A stretch of DNA of 64,000 nt from Octopus sinensis (GCF_006345805.1 NC_043007.1:49476001-49540000); one strand, 5' to 3'; shown: positions 27,402 to 41,089, counted from the first letter of the stretch. The notes: generated from the sequence alone by a model not told the origin. Program-made: numbers and translations.

Positions 27402-27735
27402 AGTAGGTCTTTATATTTTCAGTAGGTCTTTATATTTTCAGTAGGTCTTTATATTTTCAAGTAGGTCTTTATATTTTCAGTAGGTCTTTATATTTTCAGT
27501 AGGTCTTTATATTTTCAGTAGGTCTTTATATTTTCAGTAGGTCTTTATATTTTCAAGTAGGTCTTTATATTTTCAGTAGGTCTTTATATTTTCAGTAGGT
27601 CTTTATATTTTCAGTAGGTCTTTATATTTTCAGTAGGTCTTTATATTTTCAAGTAGGTCTTTATATTTTCAGTAGGTCTTTATATTTTCAGTAGGTCTTT
27701 ATATTTTCAGTAGGTCTTTATATTTTCAGTAGGTC

Positions 27736-27737
<2 letters not shown>
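27383..27737. repeat. 19-bp minisatellite, 18 copies plus a partial copy, with a 96-bp higher-order period
   Basis: Unit agtaggtctttatattttc; an extra A at 27459, 27555 and 27651. Confidence 0.95.
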
Positions 27738-27816
<79 letters not shown>

Positions 27817-28030
27817 GGATGGTGGGCTGGCAGAATCGTTAGCACACTGGACGAAATGTTTGGCAGTATTTCGCCTGTCACTTCGTTCTGAGTTTAAATT
27901 CCGTCGAAGTCGACTTTGCATTTAATTTATTTCAGGGTCGATAAATAAAGTATCAATTGACTATTGGGGTCGATGTAATTGACTTATCTCCTCCCTCCAA
28001 AAGCTATACTTTTAGCAAAATTTGAAACAA
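27817..28030 (+). mobile_element. tRNA-derived SINE (family B)
   Basis: ggctggcagaatcgttagc head and gtcgactttgc..ggtcgataaa core. Copies on the minus strand at 33873-34055 and 37125-37348. Confidence 0.8.
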
Positions 28031-28055
28031 TTAATATAATAATAATAATTATTAT

Positions 28056-29915
28056 TGTCTTGCTTCTCAAGACGTTCGATCTTGTTTGTTCTAGTAGATT
28101 ATGTTAGAGTGGACATCATCCTACTGTCAGAGATCTCACAGGGTCTTTTTCCGCACATTATAAGCTTTAATACTTGATTATGGATATTCAACTTTCTAGT
28201 ACCAATGTCACAATCCTAGCTGTCCTCAACAGAGCATGTTTTAGATTTGCTTTGCTTTCTCGTCAATTACGATTTGTTTGACATATTTCTCGAACTTGGT
28301 TGTTAGTGCTCCGAGTGCCCCTACAGCTACTAGAATGACACTCCCCACAGTCCAAATTCTTGAAATTTCGTCTTTTAGTAGTCTGTACTTTTCAATTTTT
28401 CTAGTTCTTTGTCACTTATGCGTGCATCCCCAAGTATTGCAATATCTATAATCTTGTATTTTCCTCCTTTATCTACCACAACAATATCTGGTCTCTGTGC
28501 ATCAATTAGGGAATTACATGAATTGCAAAATCTCACAGTATCTTATATTCCTTATTCTCAGTGACTCCATTTCCGTGCTCTGTTCAGGCCCACATAGCCT
28601 CCAGTGGACGAACATAATCACATATCCTACAAAGGGGCGATTGGCTACTCTTATCTATTTGGAACTTAGTGTAATTAGTTCTCAGATCTTATTCTTGAGT
28701 GGTGCATGTCAATGCATCAGTGCATCCTTTCAGATCACATTTTCTTAGCCATTTCCAATTGTTGATCTTGTCGTTTCCTTCAATTTCGCGGAGGTATTGC
28801 CCATGCAGAGATTTCATTTTGTAATTGTTTACTCTTTCTTCTTCATCTCTTTATCTCGTTTCTTAAATATTTGTGGGTGCATCACATTTTCTAACAGTGG
28901 CAAGCAAGGATTCACTTTGCCGCTTGATGTACTATCCTAGACGATTCTTCTCGTTGACACAGATCTTGCATTCTATGAGACCTCTTCCTCCCCTCTACCT
29001 AGGCTCGTACAATCTGTCAATATCACTTTTGGGGTGCAGTTCCTTGTTAATTGTCATAACTTTTCTGGTTTTCCTGTCCATTTCCTTAAGTTCGTTCTTT
29101 GCCCACCCAACAACGCCTACACCATATCGCATTAAGTAAACAGCCTGTGTGTTCATTGTCCTGATCTTATATTTTCCATCGAACCTAATTTCCATAATTA
29201 ATATGTTTTTTCTCAGATATTCTCGCCTAAATATTTCCTTAATTTCACTTGATTTTGTCGTATTCCAAAATCTTCATTATACATCCTTTATTTTCTCCCC
29301 GTTGGGTAGCTCTACGCCATCAGACGATACTACTTTGCCTCTTTGTATTACAAGCATACCACACTTTTTATCCCAAATTCCATTCCGATATTCTTACTGA
29401 ATATCTGCGCTGTTTAAAACTAGGTCATTTATTTCACTTTCGGTCTTCCCAAAGATCTTTAAGTCACCCATATATAACAGATGATTTAATTTTCTTCCAC
29501 TTTTCAAAGTGTACTCTGATGTCACTTTCCGTAGTATCTGTGTGAGGAGTATTATACATATCACAAGCTGCAATGGTGACAGGCTATCTCCTTGAAATAT
29601 GCCTCTTTTGATGGTAACCCTCGCAAAACATTTTTAACGTGAAGATAACTCTGTATTCCAGTTTTTCATTGATTATCTCCTGACAAAATTTGATGTTATC
29701 AGACACATTTATCAGCTCCAGTACTTTCTAAAATCCAGGAATGGGGGACCATGTCATACGCTTTCTTATAATCGATTCACGCCATCCCCTGATTAATTAG
29801 TCTGTTCTTACAGTCGTTCAGTACCATTCTGTCTATCAGAAATTAGTCTTTTGTCACTCGGCTTTTGCTTCTGCATCCTTTCTTTTCCATTGGAGTTTGT
29901 CATTGATTTACCGAA
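28056..29915 (-). mobile_element. R4/Dong-like element, degraded RT to RLE
   Basis: RGIFQGDSLSP, YGVGVVGWAKNELKEMDRKTRK, LHPKSDIDRLY, LHGQY, RPDIVVVD. Confidence 0.85.
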
Positions 29916-29935
29916 AGTAAGACACATAATTAGAT

Positions 29936-30397
29936 TAGAAAATTACTATTTTAAAATCTCACAACGTGAGATATTCAGCAACAGTGCTTTTTAGTAAAGA
30001 TTGTTTGCCAACATAACATGGCAGTCTTGGTTTAGGACTAATGTTGCTGTAATTTAGCCCCAGGAATATCTCACGTTGTTAGATTTAAAAATAGTAATTT
30101 TCTAATTTATAAATCAGTGACTGGTTGTCACTTTGAAAACTTTTTATTTCAAACGGGAATTTGGCACCGCCACCTCTAGCCGAACAATTATTCTGTGCTG
30201 ATGAAGGAACATAACCCTGAAATCGCGATACACAGATATTGTTTTGAACTGAATGGGGGTGCTAAATTCCCTTGTTCGAAAATAGAAAGACACAGATCGT
30301 GTCGTATAGCCAGCTGGAGACGATGTCTCCTGTGGTTAAATTACAGCAACATTAGTCATAAACCAGGACTAACATGTTATGTTGGCAAACAATTTTT
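29936..30397 (+). mobile_element. Non-coding hammerhead-bearing element (retrozyme-like) with 12-bp TSD
   Basis: acataattagat at 29924-29935 and 30398-30409; internal HHR; nested inverted segments. Confidence 0.7.
30192..30236 (+). ncRNA. Type-I hammerhead ribozyme, intact core
   Basis: tctgtg-CTGATGA-agg aacataac cct-GAAA-tcgcga-TA-cacaga; predicted cleavage after 30230. Confidence 0.9.
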
Positions 30398-30420
30398 ACA
30401 TAATTAGATATTATTATTAT

Positions 30421-32869
30421 ATGAAAAATCACAGCTTATTTTTCTGGGTATGATGGAAAGTGTCAGCTGTCCACAGCTAGCAGATTAAGTCGACACTGGT
30501 TTACTGGTTATGCTTCAAGAACCCCACAAAGAATTCTTGCAGTTTCATGCAACTTTGATTTTTGTAGGTGTTCTATCTGCACACTTGTACCAATCATTTT
30601 TAGCCCTGTTGGTAGTTGGATACCGATATTTCCAAGTGCATCACTTACTATTGGTATCACGTCTACTCTCTTTGACCACAATCTTTGTATTTCCCACTTC
30701 AAATTGTCATAGTTGTTTATTCTTCCTTCTTTCACATTGATCATGTTGTCACAGGGGTATGCTATGTCGATGATCATACATGTTCTTTCTTTTTTATATA
30801 TCACAACAATATCCTGTTTCCGATGCCTGAGCGGGTGATCGCACTGGATCATTGCATCCCACAGGATTTTGCAGTTCCTATTTACGGTAATTTCTTCTTG
30901 AGTGTGCTCGAACAACATCTTTCCTCTTTGTTGGCCATAATTTCCACAGATCTCTCAATGGATCATTCTTGCTATATTGTCATGGCATCTTTTGTATTCG
31001 AGTTGTGCCAGTTTCGGGCATTCACTAATGATGTACCATACCGTTTCACCCCTCTCACCATACAATCTGTATTTATTGCTATCGGTGGTGTTGTCTATTA
31101 TGGTTGGTCCTTAATGCTTGTAGTTGGTGCTTAATGCTTGTAGTTGGTGCTTAATGCTTGTTCCTGAGCTGAGTATATGAATGCTTCTGTCTCAATCTTC
31201 AGGTCACTCCTCCTCATCTATAGCCACTGTATTGATGTTAACATCTCTTGCAAACTGACTGTATATTATTTCCTTCCATGCCTTTTCTTTTCTTTTTGCT
31301 CAATTCTTGCTTAAATTTTTCTTTAGTTACACAATTTTCAGTTTTGATGACGCCGGCCTTCTTCGTGTGTTTCAAAAGTGGCTCCACGGTATTTTATATA
31401 TACCACCCTAAGCTGCTTTCCTCTGCTTCGATACATTCATAGCAACTGATCAAACCTCTCCCACTGTTTCTTCTGGACGAGTATACCCTATCCGTGTCCC
31501 TCTTAGGGAAGAAGGCGCCGTGTAGTCAACATTTTCTGGCCTTGGTATCCATTATTTTCACTTCTCTCTTTTACCCTTTTATAATTCCCGCTTCATACCG
31601 AAGTGATGCAATCGCCCACGTATTAACTGCTTGGATGTTATTCCTTCCAATCAATTTTGAGCGCAACACCAACTTCAATCTTCGGAAATACTCCATCCTC
31701 ACTTGCTCTTTCATTTTCTTTTCCATTATCTCGTTGAACACCCCAAGGTATTTGTATCCCTCCCTTTCAGGTTGTTTAATCATGTCTCTATTCTTTAATT
31801 CTATCCCTTCAAGGGACTGTACTTCGCCTCTTTTTAGGTGAATTATTCCGCACTTCTTGAGTCCAAATTCCATTCTAATATCAATACTAAAACAGTGGAC
31901 AGTGTTCACCAAAGAACTCACTTTTGTCTTATCTTTGCCATACAGTTTCAAATCATCCATGAAGGGGAGGTGGCTGATTGTTTGGGATTTTCCCTTTCTT
32001 TGGTACCCCAGGTTCATTTTCCTAAGTACCAAAGTCAGAGTTTGATGCAGATAATAAAAAGCAACGTAGATAGGTTATCACACTGGAAAATCCATCTTCT
32101 GATAACCAGGCTTTTTTTCCGTCGAGCTTTTTCCGTAAGGTGTCAGTTCAGTTTTCTATCCCACCATACTTCTCTTCAGGAAACACGTTGTATTCCTCTC
32201 AGTTCCAAACAGGTCTATGCACTCGATGATCCACGAATGTGGAATCATATCATAAGCTTTGCAATAGTCAATCCAAGCCATTCCCAAGTGTGTTCTCCTT
32301 CGTTTACAATCTTGTATTACCGTTTTGTCTATCAATACTTGATCTTTGGTACCTCTGCATGTCCATCTACAGCCTGTTTGTTCCGTCGGTAATATATCTT
32401 TCTTATTAAGAAATTTATACAGTTCTTCTGCAACTCCTCCTGACAGTACTTAATGGTACGCATAAAATTGGTTTATAATTGTCAGTACCATTTCCCTTTC
32501 TTCTTCTCCATTGATCAATGCATTAAATTGCTCTGCGATCAATTAATGGCAACTCCTGAACTTCTTCATCCAAGATCACTGTACACTATCAGGTCCTGCT
32601 GCTTTCAAAATGTTTATCTTTTTATACACCATACTTCTTCCTAACTTTCTTCGAATTTCCATTCATACTTAAGTTCCCCATTTCTTTTTCCCAACAAGTA
32701 TTGACATTACACTGCTCAAAGAGTTTAAATCTTCCGAAATTCTCCTTTTCCACCATGGTTGTTTATTTCCTTTCCTATTCGTCGCTGTTCTGTTCTGAGT
32801 AGTTCTTAATCCTGTTGTTTTACTAGGAGCCTCGATAAGATTATTTGTTTGTGTGATGTTTTTGTTTCA

Positions 32870-32870
<1 letters not shown>
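30421..32870 (-). mobile_element. R4/Dong-like element, degraded RT + RLE
   Basis: SHLPFMDDLKLYGK, GYKYLGV, KILWDAMIQCDH..RKQDIVVI..CMIIDIAYPCD. Flanked by (TTA)n on both sides. Confidence 0.9.
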
Positions 32871-32921
<51 letters not shown>

Positions 32922-32922
<1 letters not shown>

Positions 32923-33015
32923 GTCCTGGGATCGATTTTCTTGATTAAAGGCGGTGCTCCAGCATGGCCACAGTCAAATGACTGAAACAAGTAAAAGAGT
33001 AAAAGAGTAAAAGAG
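32922..33015 (+). mobile_element. SINE family A 3' fragment
   Basis: aaaggcggtgctccagcatggccacagtcaaatgactgaaacaagtaaaagag. Confidence 0.85.
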
Positions 33016-33016
33016 G

Positions 33017-33059
<43 letters not shown>

Positions 33060-33367
33060 TAATAACAATAACGATAATTATGATGATAATGATAATAATA
33101 ATAATAATAATATTCTTAAACAAAATATTTCTCACATTAAAATTAAAAGCTAAATTTAAATAAACAAAACTTACAAATCTCTACATAGCCAGGAGAACGA
33201 TTTGTAGCGGTGGAAAAAAAATCACCAGCCTAGGCAACATTATTACTAATGTTTGAAGAATTTGAAATTTACCAAATTGTTTCAAATCAATACAGTAACC
33301 ATCAAGATCATATTCCTTTTCTGTGACATCTTTGTTCGAAAGTTTTATCAAAGTTTTTTCGACACGC

Positions 33368-33441
<74 letters not shown>

Positions 33442-33559
33442 GTATCGACCAGAGTTTCGGATATTGCTATACAGCGCTAGTCACAATGCTATTCGTTGTG
33501 CTTTAATTTTCAAATGATACCACCATTTTAGCTTGGCAGGCTGGCCAACATTTCGCCTG

Positions 33560-33732
33560 GATGGAGCATTAGTCAGTCACATGCTTACTAATTTACAGCT
33601 GTACGGCTGAGTGAACTGGAGCAACACGAAATGAAGTGTTTTGCTCACGAACACAATTCACTGCCGGTTTGGAAATCGAAAATACGATCTTATAAGCGTG
33701 GATGTGACATCCTAACCACTATGCCACGTGTC
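33560..33732 (-). mobile_element. Diverged tRNA-derived SINE (family C-like head)
   Basis: Minus: tggcatagtggttagg...ttcgatttcc...tgagcaaaacacttcatttc. Confidence 0.6.
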
Positions 33733-33872
33733 TTTATTCACTAATACACTCACAATTTATATATACGGAGTCGATATATGTGTATTCGCGTCGTGGTCCT
33801 GTTTAAGCAAGTCACTCACAATCACGCATCGACCCAGATAAGACAGCAAATTATGCAAATGAATTATGATAA

Positions 33873-34055
33873 TAGGTTTTAAATTTTGGGACAAGGACAG
33901 TAAGTGCTAGGGGGAAGGGAAGTCGATTACATCAAGTATTTGAATTTTAATTCATCGACCTCAAAAAGATGACAGGCAAAGAGGACTTTAGCAGTGTTTG
34001 AACATCACAAAGAAATGTCACTAAGCATTTTGGTCTAAGTGCTAACAATTCTGTC
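33873..34055 (-). mobile_element. SINE family B, diverged
   Basis: Similarity to 37125-37348. Confidence 0.65.
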
Positions 34056-34516
<461 letters not shown>

Positions 34517-34647
34517 ATGGGAGGAAGTCAGAGATAATCAGGGAAAGTACATTGATGATTAAGTTTCAATTAAATATAACATTTGATCACCTGTTTTCTT
34601 TATTTAAAATTCTGACAGAACTTATGGGATGACCTGATATATATACA

Positions 34648-34744
<97 letters not shown>

Positions 34745-34779
34745 GTCTATCTATCTATCTGTCTGTCTGTCTTTCTATA

Positions 34780-34828
<49 letters not shown>

Positions 34829-34937
34829 GTATACATACATACATACACACACATACACACATGTGTGTGTGTACTTCTGTGTGTATGTTTGTATGTATGT
34901 TGTATGTACATTTATATGTTTGTACGTATGCATGTAC

Positions 34938-35350
34938 AAGCTGTGTGATAAGAAGCTTGCTTTCCAATCAAATGGTTCTGTGTTCAGTCCCACTGCGTCA
35001 CACCTTGGCAGGTATCTTCTACTCGAGCTTCGGGCTGGCCAAAGTTTTGTGAGTAGATATAATAGACAGAAACTGAAAGAAGCCCATCGTATATATGTAT
35101 TTGTATGTGTGTGTGTCTTTGTGTCTATATTTGCCCCAAAAACCCACCCACCCACCCACCAACAACAACGCCACCACTTGACAACCGGTGTTGGTATGTT
35201 TACATCTCCGTAATTTACCGGTCCAGCAAAAGAGAGAATAAGTATTAGGCTTAAAAAAGAAATGTCTTGGGGGTTAATATATTCCACTAAAATCTTTCAA
35301 GGTGGTGCTCCAGCATGGCCGAAGTCAAACGACTGAAGCAAGATATATAA
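34938..35350 (+). mobile_element. SINE family A, diverged, near full length
   Basis: Head, internal (TG) tract and 3' domain as in 59439-59850. Confidence 0.8.
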
Positions 35351-36521
35351 AAGATATATAAAATAAATGTTGAGACAGAGGGATTCATACTGAATGAAAC
35401 GGTGCAAGAGTAAAAAAAAAACAGATTAGTGTGTGTGTGTGTGTGTGTAGGGGTTCTATCACAGCTGTAGAATTTACATTTCTTTACGTATTGCAGTTTC
35501 CCGATAAGAACATCAATAAAAAAACATTCTATCCGAGTGGGTTTGTTGTTGCAGTAGTTTCATTAGAGATAGCATCAATTTTATGGCTGTACCACCAACA
35601 CCACCATCAGCAGCAGCTGTAGCAGCAGCTGCAGACTTATTCCATACGCAACAAATTAGCTTATAGTTTCATTACTTCTTGGAAACGTCCAATAGAGCCA
35701 CATCCTAATTCAAGTTCTGAAGTCTTTAAAACATGAACGATAAATCTTCTCTGGTTTAATTACCGGTAGATTTTACAGTAGGATTAATTGAGCTAACTGC
35801 TATATTTAAATACTAATGCATGAGGCTATGCCCATACTGCTTTACGGTGATGTATTGTAACATCATGATGCATTCATCAAACTAAATCAATTGAAAAGGT
35901 GATATCTTCTCCGTTCAAACTTCTTAACACTTGTGACGAGTCACAAAGCTCAAACATCTGTGAAATAGTTTACAGAAACTCAAGTTTGACTGAACACAAA
36001 ATTTCTCACAATTAAAACATATTTTAAGATTGAATGTGTATGAATGTTCCTTCGCTTAAAAACCTCTTACACATCACAGAACCTGAAATATTAACTTATC
36101 ACTCAAGTAGTTTCAATTATTTCGCATTAGTCAAGACTACATTGCATTCGATTACTAAATTGTTTGGTCTTTTTTCTAGATTTCTTTCAGATTTGAGTGA
36201 AAGCGAAAAATATTGTAAATCAGCTATGTCTACTTGGTTGATATTTTGACAAAAGAATTGCCAATGTACACGCAGAGGAAGAGATTTCTGAAGGAGGTGA
36301 ATAACCTATTGCATACATACAGAGAACCAAAGGTTTCAAAAAGATGTACGTTCAACTGAATGTACACACAGAAGCAGAGGGTTGTAAATGAGGTACGCAT
36401 ACCGCACTGACGTTGTTGAATATGATCTTTCCGCCCATCGAAATTTAACCTTTGATGATGGGGTTTCGGCCACGCTCTCCGCCGAAAATCCAGTCTTCGC
36501 ATATATCTTACACATATATGT

Positions 36522-36586
<65 letters not shown>

Positions 36587-36623
36587 CATCCATCCATCCA
36601 TCCATCCATCCATCCATCCATCC

Positions 36624-36689
<66 letters not shown>

Positions 36690-36806
36690 GTGTGTATATA
36701 TATATAGTTAATCCAAACATGAAAACACAAAGAGAAAACACAACAACGCGAGGACATGGAACAAGTATAGTATTATTGGATGCTCAGGAAAGAAGGAAAG
36801 AAGGAG

Positions 36807-36842
36807 GTTTTAACGTTTCGAGCGAAACTCTTCGTCAGAAAC
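36807..36842 (-). ncRNA. Minimal hammerhead with extra A after A9
   Basis: gttt-CTGACGA-A-gag tttcg ctc-GAAA-cg-TT-aaaac, inside a ~200-bp solo unit (36710-36915). Confidence 0.75.
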
Positions 36843-37124
36843 ATAGGAAAAGGAAAGATCCAAAGAAGGGAAGACGGAGGAAAAAATCGCCAACGGTACA
36901 CACACGGTCACATTTTCGTTGCTATTATGTTAAACTGTCAGAAGTCAAAATTTGAGTCTTTTTTTTCAATATTCATTTTTGTTATAGGTATCTCCAGCTA
37001 CTTCAGATGCCAAGGTAACAAAAATTGTCAGTGTAGTACAACGGTTTTGCTATGGAATAGTGAAACTATATTTTCGTTTTCTTAAACAACGTTTTGGACT
37101 AAGGACTCTTTTGCATAATTTTTT

Positions 37125-37348
37125 TCTTTACTACCCACAAGGGTCTAAACTCAGAGGGGACAAAGAAGGACAGACAAAGGGATTAAGTCAATTACATCGA
37201 CCCCAGTACGTAACTGGTACTTAATTTATCGACCCCGAAAGGATGAAAGGCAAAGTCGACCTCGGCGGAATTTGAACTCGGAACGTAACGACAGACGAAA
37301 TACGGCTACGCATTTCGCCCGGCGTGCTAACGTTTCTGCCAGCTCGCC
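37125..37348 (-). mobile_element. SINE family B, full length
   Basis: Minus: ggcgagctggcagaaacgttagcacgccgggcg..gagttcaaattccgccgaggtcgactttgcctttcatcctttcggggtcgat. Confidence 0.9.
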
Positions 37349-37362
37349 GGTTAATAGCAATG

Positions 37363-37395
<33 letters not shown>

Positions 37396-37674
37396 TGTAT
37401 GTATGTATGTATGTATGTATGTATATATGTCATTGTTCAGTTTTATCTCAAGATTTCTTGTCAATGAGCCGGTTTCTAACCTAGATCAAGGCTACTTCAT
37501 TGAAATTTCAACAACAGCGTATTTTTGTATGTATGTATGTATGTATGTATGTATGTATGTATGCATGTATGCATGTATGTATGCATGCATGTATGTATGT
37601 ATGTATGTATGTATGTATGTATGTATATGTGCAGATTTGCATGCTTTGCTTTATGTATGTATTCTCATGCATAT

Positions 37675-38745
37675 ACTTGCACATCTAGATATGCTCATAT
37701 ATAATTAAATGATAAACTTCTGGAAAGTTTTACAGATTTTTACAGTTCCACTGATGGCTTGGATCAGTAGTCTTTGAATCAGCTTTCTCCTCACTGGTTT
37801 TGAAAAGCCTAATTTCTCAAGACTGGTATTTAAGCAGTATGTTGCATATCCTAAGACCCCTAATAATTATAGGTATAGGCCTGAACTTAACTTGTAATCT
37901 AGATAGAGTAACTGCGGATTTCTCAATAGCTCAGCGTAGGTGTTCTCTTTGCACTGATCTTCTGCTTTATGTTAACATCCGCGGGGCAACTAATTTCCAC
38001 AAATGTATACAGCTTCTCTTCTCTATCCCAAATCATTATATCAGGTCTGTTGCGCTTACATTTTATTGAGGTCTTCACTGGGACGTTCCACCAGTAATAA
38101 TTTTTATTATGAGTGTCTATGGTTTCTATCATACTGTGGGTTTTTATTTTTTTGTTCTCGAGGTTATCCTTCAAATGGATTCCATTATTGAGTGCCCCAG
38201 CTATAGCATCATATCTCATCAGTTGATAATATCGTGATGACATTTTCGGACAACTGCTTATGATGTGGGTGATATTTTCGGTCTTAACTCCACAAAGTCT
38301 GCATCGATTGTCACATTTTTCTGCTTTTCCTGCTTCTCTATCCCTTTTGTGCATCGGGTACTTGCTTAATATTTCCTGTTCCTGGATTGCAAACGCATAC
38401 ATACCCTTCAAAGTGGGAAAGTAGTAATCCTGCTATTGGTCCATGATACACTGCTTTGATGATTAATGTTACTATCATCTTGGAGCTTTTTACTAACATT
38501 TCCATGCACAGTCTTCTGCTCATAGAGGCGGTAGAGTCGTGTGACCTCTTTGGTCATGTGTTCTAGGTTATCAGACAAAGAATGTTGCTTCTAAGTTTTA
38601 TGATTTTATCAGTTTCATGTATGCAAACTTGGTCAATGGAGAAACTTCGACACTTGGTGGTTAAAAGATGTTGCTGAAGGGTTATGATAGAACATTCAAA
38701 AGCATTTTGTTTTCACTCTTTATGTGAAAATTATGTGTGCTTATT
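37675..38745 (-). mobile_element. RLE-type (R4/Dong-like) LINE 3' part
   Basis: CRLCGVKTENITHIISSC zinc knuckle; NRPDIMIWD..FVEISCP endonuclease motif. Confidence 0.85.
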
Positions 38746-38749
38746 AGTA

Positions 38750-40140
38750 TTTTTTGGAGGAGGCAAGGTGGATGCGATTCTGAATTTCGTGGTCAATGAC
38801 CCCATTGCTTGAGATGATGCTACCCATGTAGGTGAATTTCTCGGTATTCTTTAGCTGGTTGTCTTGGATCGAAAGAGTCACAGGGGGTGAACCATTTTTG
38901 GAGCGTTGAAGGATCTCTGTTTTCTTCGTGTTGACCTGGAGTCCAGCACGAGGATAGGCATTGCACACAACGTCTAGATTCTGCTGAAGGCTGGCTGGTT
39001 CGTGGGTGAGAGCTTCGCAGCCATCGGCATACTATAATTCGAAGAGAGTGGTGGACTGAGTCTTTGTTAGTGATTTTAGTCTCCTCAAGTTGAAGTGACT
39101 GCCATTATGGCGATATCAAATTGGGATGCCATCTTTGGGGTTGAGGTCGTAGCGAGATAGTAAAGCCACAACCACAAGAAATAAATTGAAGAGGACAGGG
39201 ACCAGGACACAGCCTTGTTTAACACCAACTTGAATGTAGAAGTAGTCAGACTGATCACCACCCAATGTCGCACGTGCTTGCTTGCCGTCATGGAACTGGC
39301 GTAGTATGGCAAGAAGCTTAGGAGGGCATCCATACCTCTGCAGGACATTCCATAGTAGTGGGCAGCTAATAGTATCAAAAGCTTTAGTTAGGTCAATAAA
39401 GGCAAACGAGGCATCACGCTGTTGTTCTTGGCACTTCTCTAACAGGAGGCTGATGACGAAGACTATGTCGATAGTTCTACGGTTAGCTCTAAAATTGCAT
39501 TGAGACTCTGGGAGGATTCCTTTAACGGAGTGGCCAAGAAATCGAGAGAGCAGAACGCGTACCAAGACCTTCCCTGCAACATCCAGGAGTAAAATACCTC
39601 TGCTGTTGCTGCACTCTGAGCGTTCTCTCTTCTTCTTAAAGATGGTGATTATGTCTGTGTGTTTCCAGCATTGAAGGATCAAGACGCTTTATTGACCTAA
39701 CTAAAGCTTTTGATACTATTAGCTGCCCTTTATTATGGAATGTCCTGCAGAGGTATGGATGCCCTCCTAAGCTTCTTGCCATGCTACGCCAGTTCCATGA
39801 CGGCAAGCAAGCACGTGTGACATTGGGTGGTGGCCAGTCTGACTACTTCTGATGAAGACGCTGGACAAGAGCAGGACCACCATATTTATAGATCTCCCCC
39901 GACACACCATCTGATCCAGGTGATTTCCTGTTTTTTAAGTAGGAGAGAACTGTACGGATTTCCACGAGGGAGGGTTTCGTATCCAGCTCAGGGAGAGGAG
40001 GGAGAGGAGGGAGCTCATCAATCAGTGTGGTTCCTGTAGGATTTATCTTGTTCAACAAGGAGTGTTGCCATCTGAAGATCGTATCAGATTGATATGATAG
40101 GAGGACAGACCGTACATGGATTTGGTTGCAGTGCAACCAA
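38750..40140 (-). mobile_element. RTE-clade LINE RT fragment with internal inverted duplication
   Basis: LPESQCNFRANR, FIDLTKAFDTI, GVKQGCVLVP, KSPGSDG. 39687-39850 is an inverted copy of 39238-39401. Confidence 0.9.
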
Positions 40141-40249
40141 ATTGTGGGTCACTGTTTTATTGAAAGCAGACAGTTCTGACTCCAAATTTTCTTTATTCGG
40201 CTGTAATTTTCTTTAGTGACACGTGTTTTGTAACAGGTACCATTGTAAG

Positions 40250-40280
<31 letters not shown>

Positions 40281-40351
40281 TGTATGTATGTATGTATGTA
40301 TGTATGTTTCTATTATCCGAAGTGTTCAGTATTATATATCCATTACGGCCG

Positions 40352-40437
40352 AACTTAGCAATGGGTTTCGCGCCAGGGATTCAACGGAGTGTTAGATAAC
40401 AATCCGATTATATAACCCTGCGCTCAAAAAAGAAGTT
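40352..40437 (-). ncRNA. Degenerate hammerhead-like fold
   Basis: aactt-CTTTTTTGA-gcgcaggg..cgga/tccg..ccctggcgc-GAAA-cccattgct-aagtt. Confidence 0.4.
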
Positions 40438-40876
40438 AGCTGATGTGGAATGAAATATGGCGACTACTCTCTATTGATAGTAGTAAATAGATACATCCGG
40501 TTTGCGGTTGCTGCGAAAAGGGTGAAATGAAACTAGTGGGTGATTGAGTTATGTCCCTTGAAACCAAACCATCGCCAATGGGGTTGTTATGTTGCACGTC
40601 CATAAGAGTTTTCTGGAAAAGTTTGTGGGAAATGTGTGTGTCCTTAAGGTTGGTGTTGTGGAAATGGAATATGTGCAGTGGTATAAGCTTTGCAGGGTGT
40701 GTGGGCATACACATCTGTGTTCGTTAGTGTGTTTTCTTTCTTTTATGCATTGCTGAAGTTCATGGAGTGTGTGCATGTAGTGTGTGGTGGGATACAATAT
40801 ATGTGGGAATTTATAATGTGGAGAGGTGGTGGAAAACAACCTGTTGGCTAAGTGTCCACCTCAACACCTGCCCAAT

Positions 40877-40943
<67 letters not shown>

Positions 40944-41023
40944 TGTGTGTGTGTGTGAAGAAAATAAATGGAACGAGCTCTGAGATCGGATCCACGGTTT
41001 ATATTGGATTTGGTTCCTATATA

Positions 41024-41059
<36 letters not shown>

Positions 41060-41089
41060 TGTATGTATGTATGTATGTATGTATGTATG

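Noticed and set aside
27383-27737. CRISPR-like array
   Set aside because: The repeats are contiguous with no unique spacers, derive from LINE coding sequence, and sit in a eukaryotic context with no cas genes.
36191-36392. Possible exon between tttcag and gag|gtacgc
   Set aside because: Stops in all three frames and no recognisable protein.
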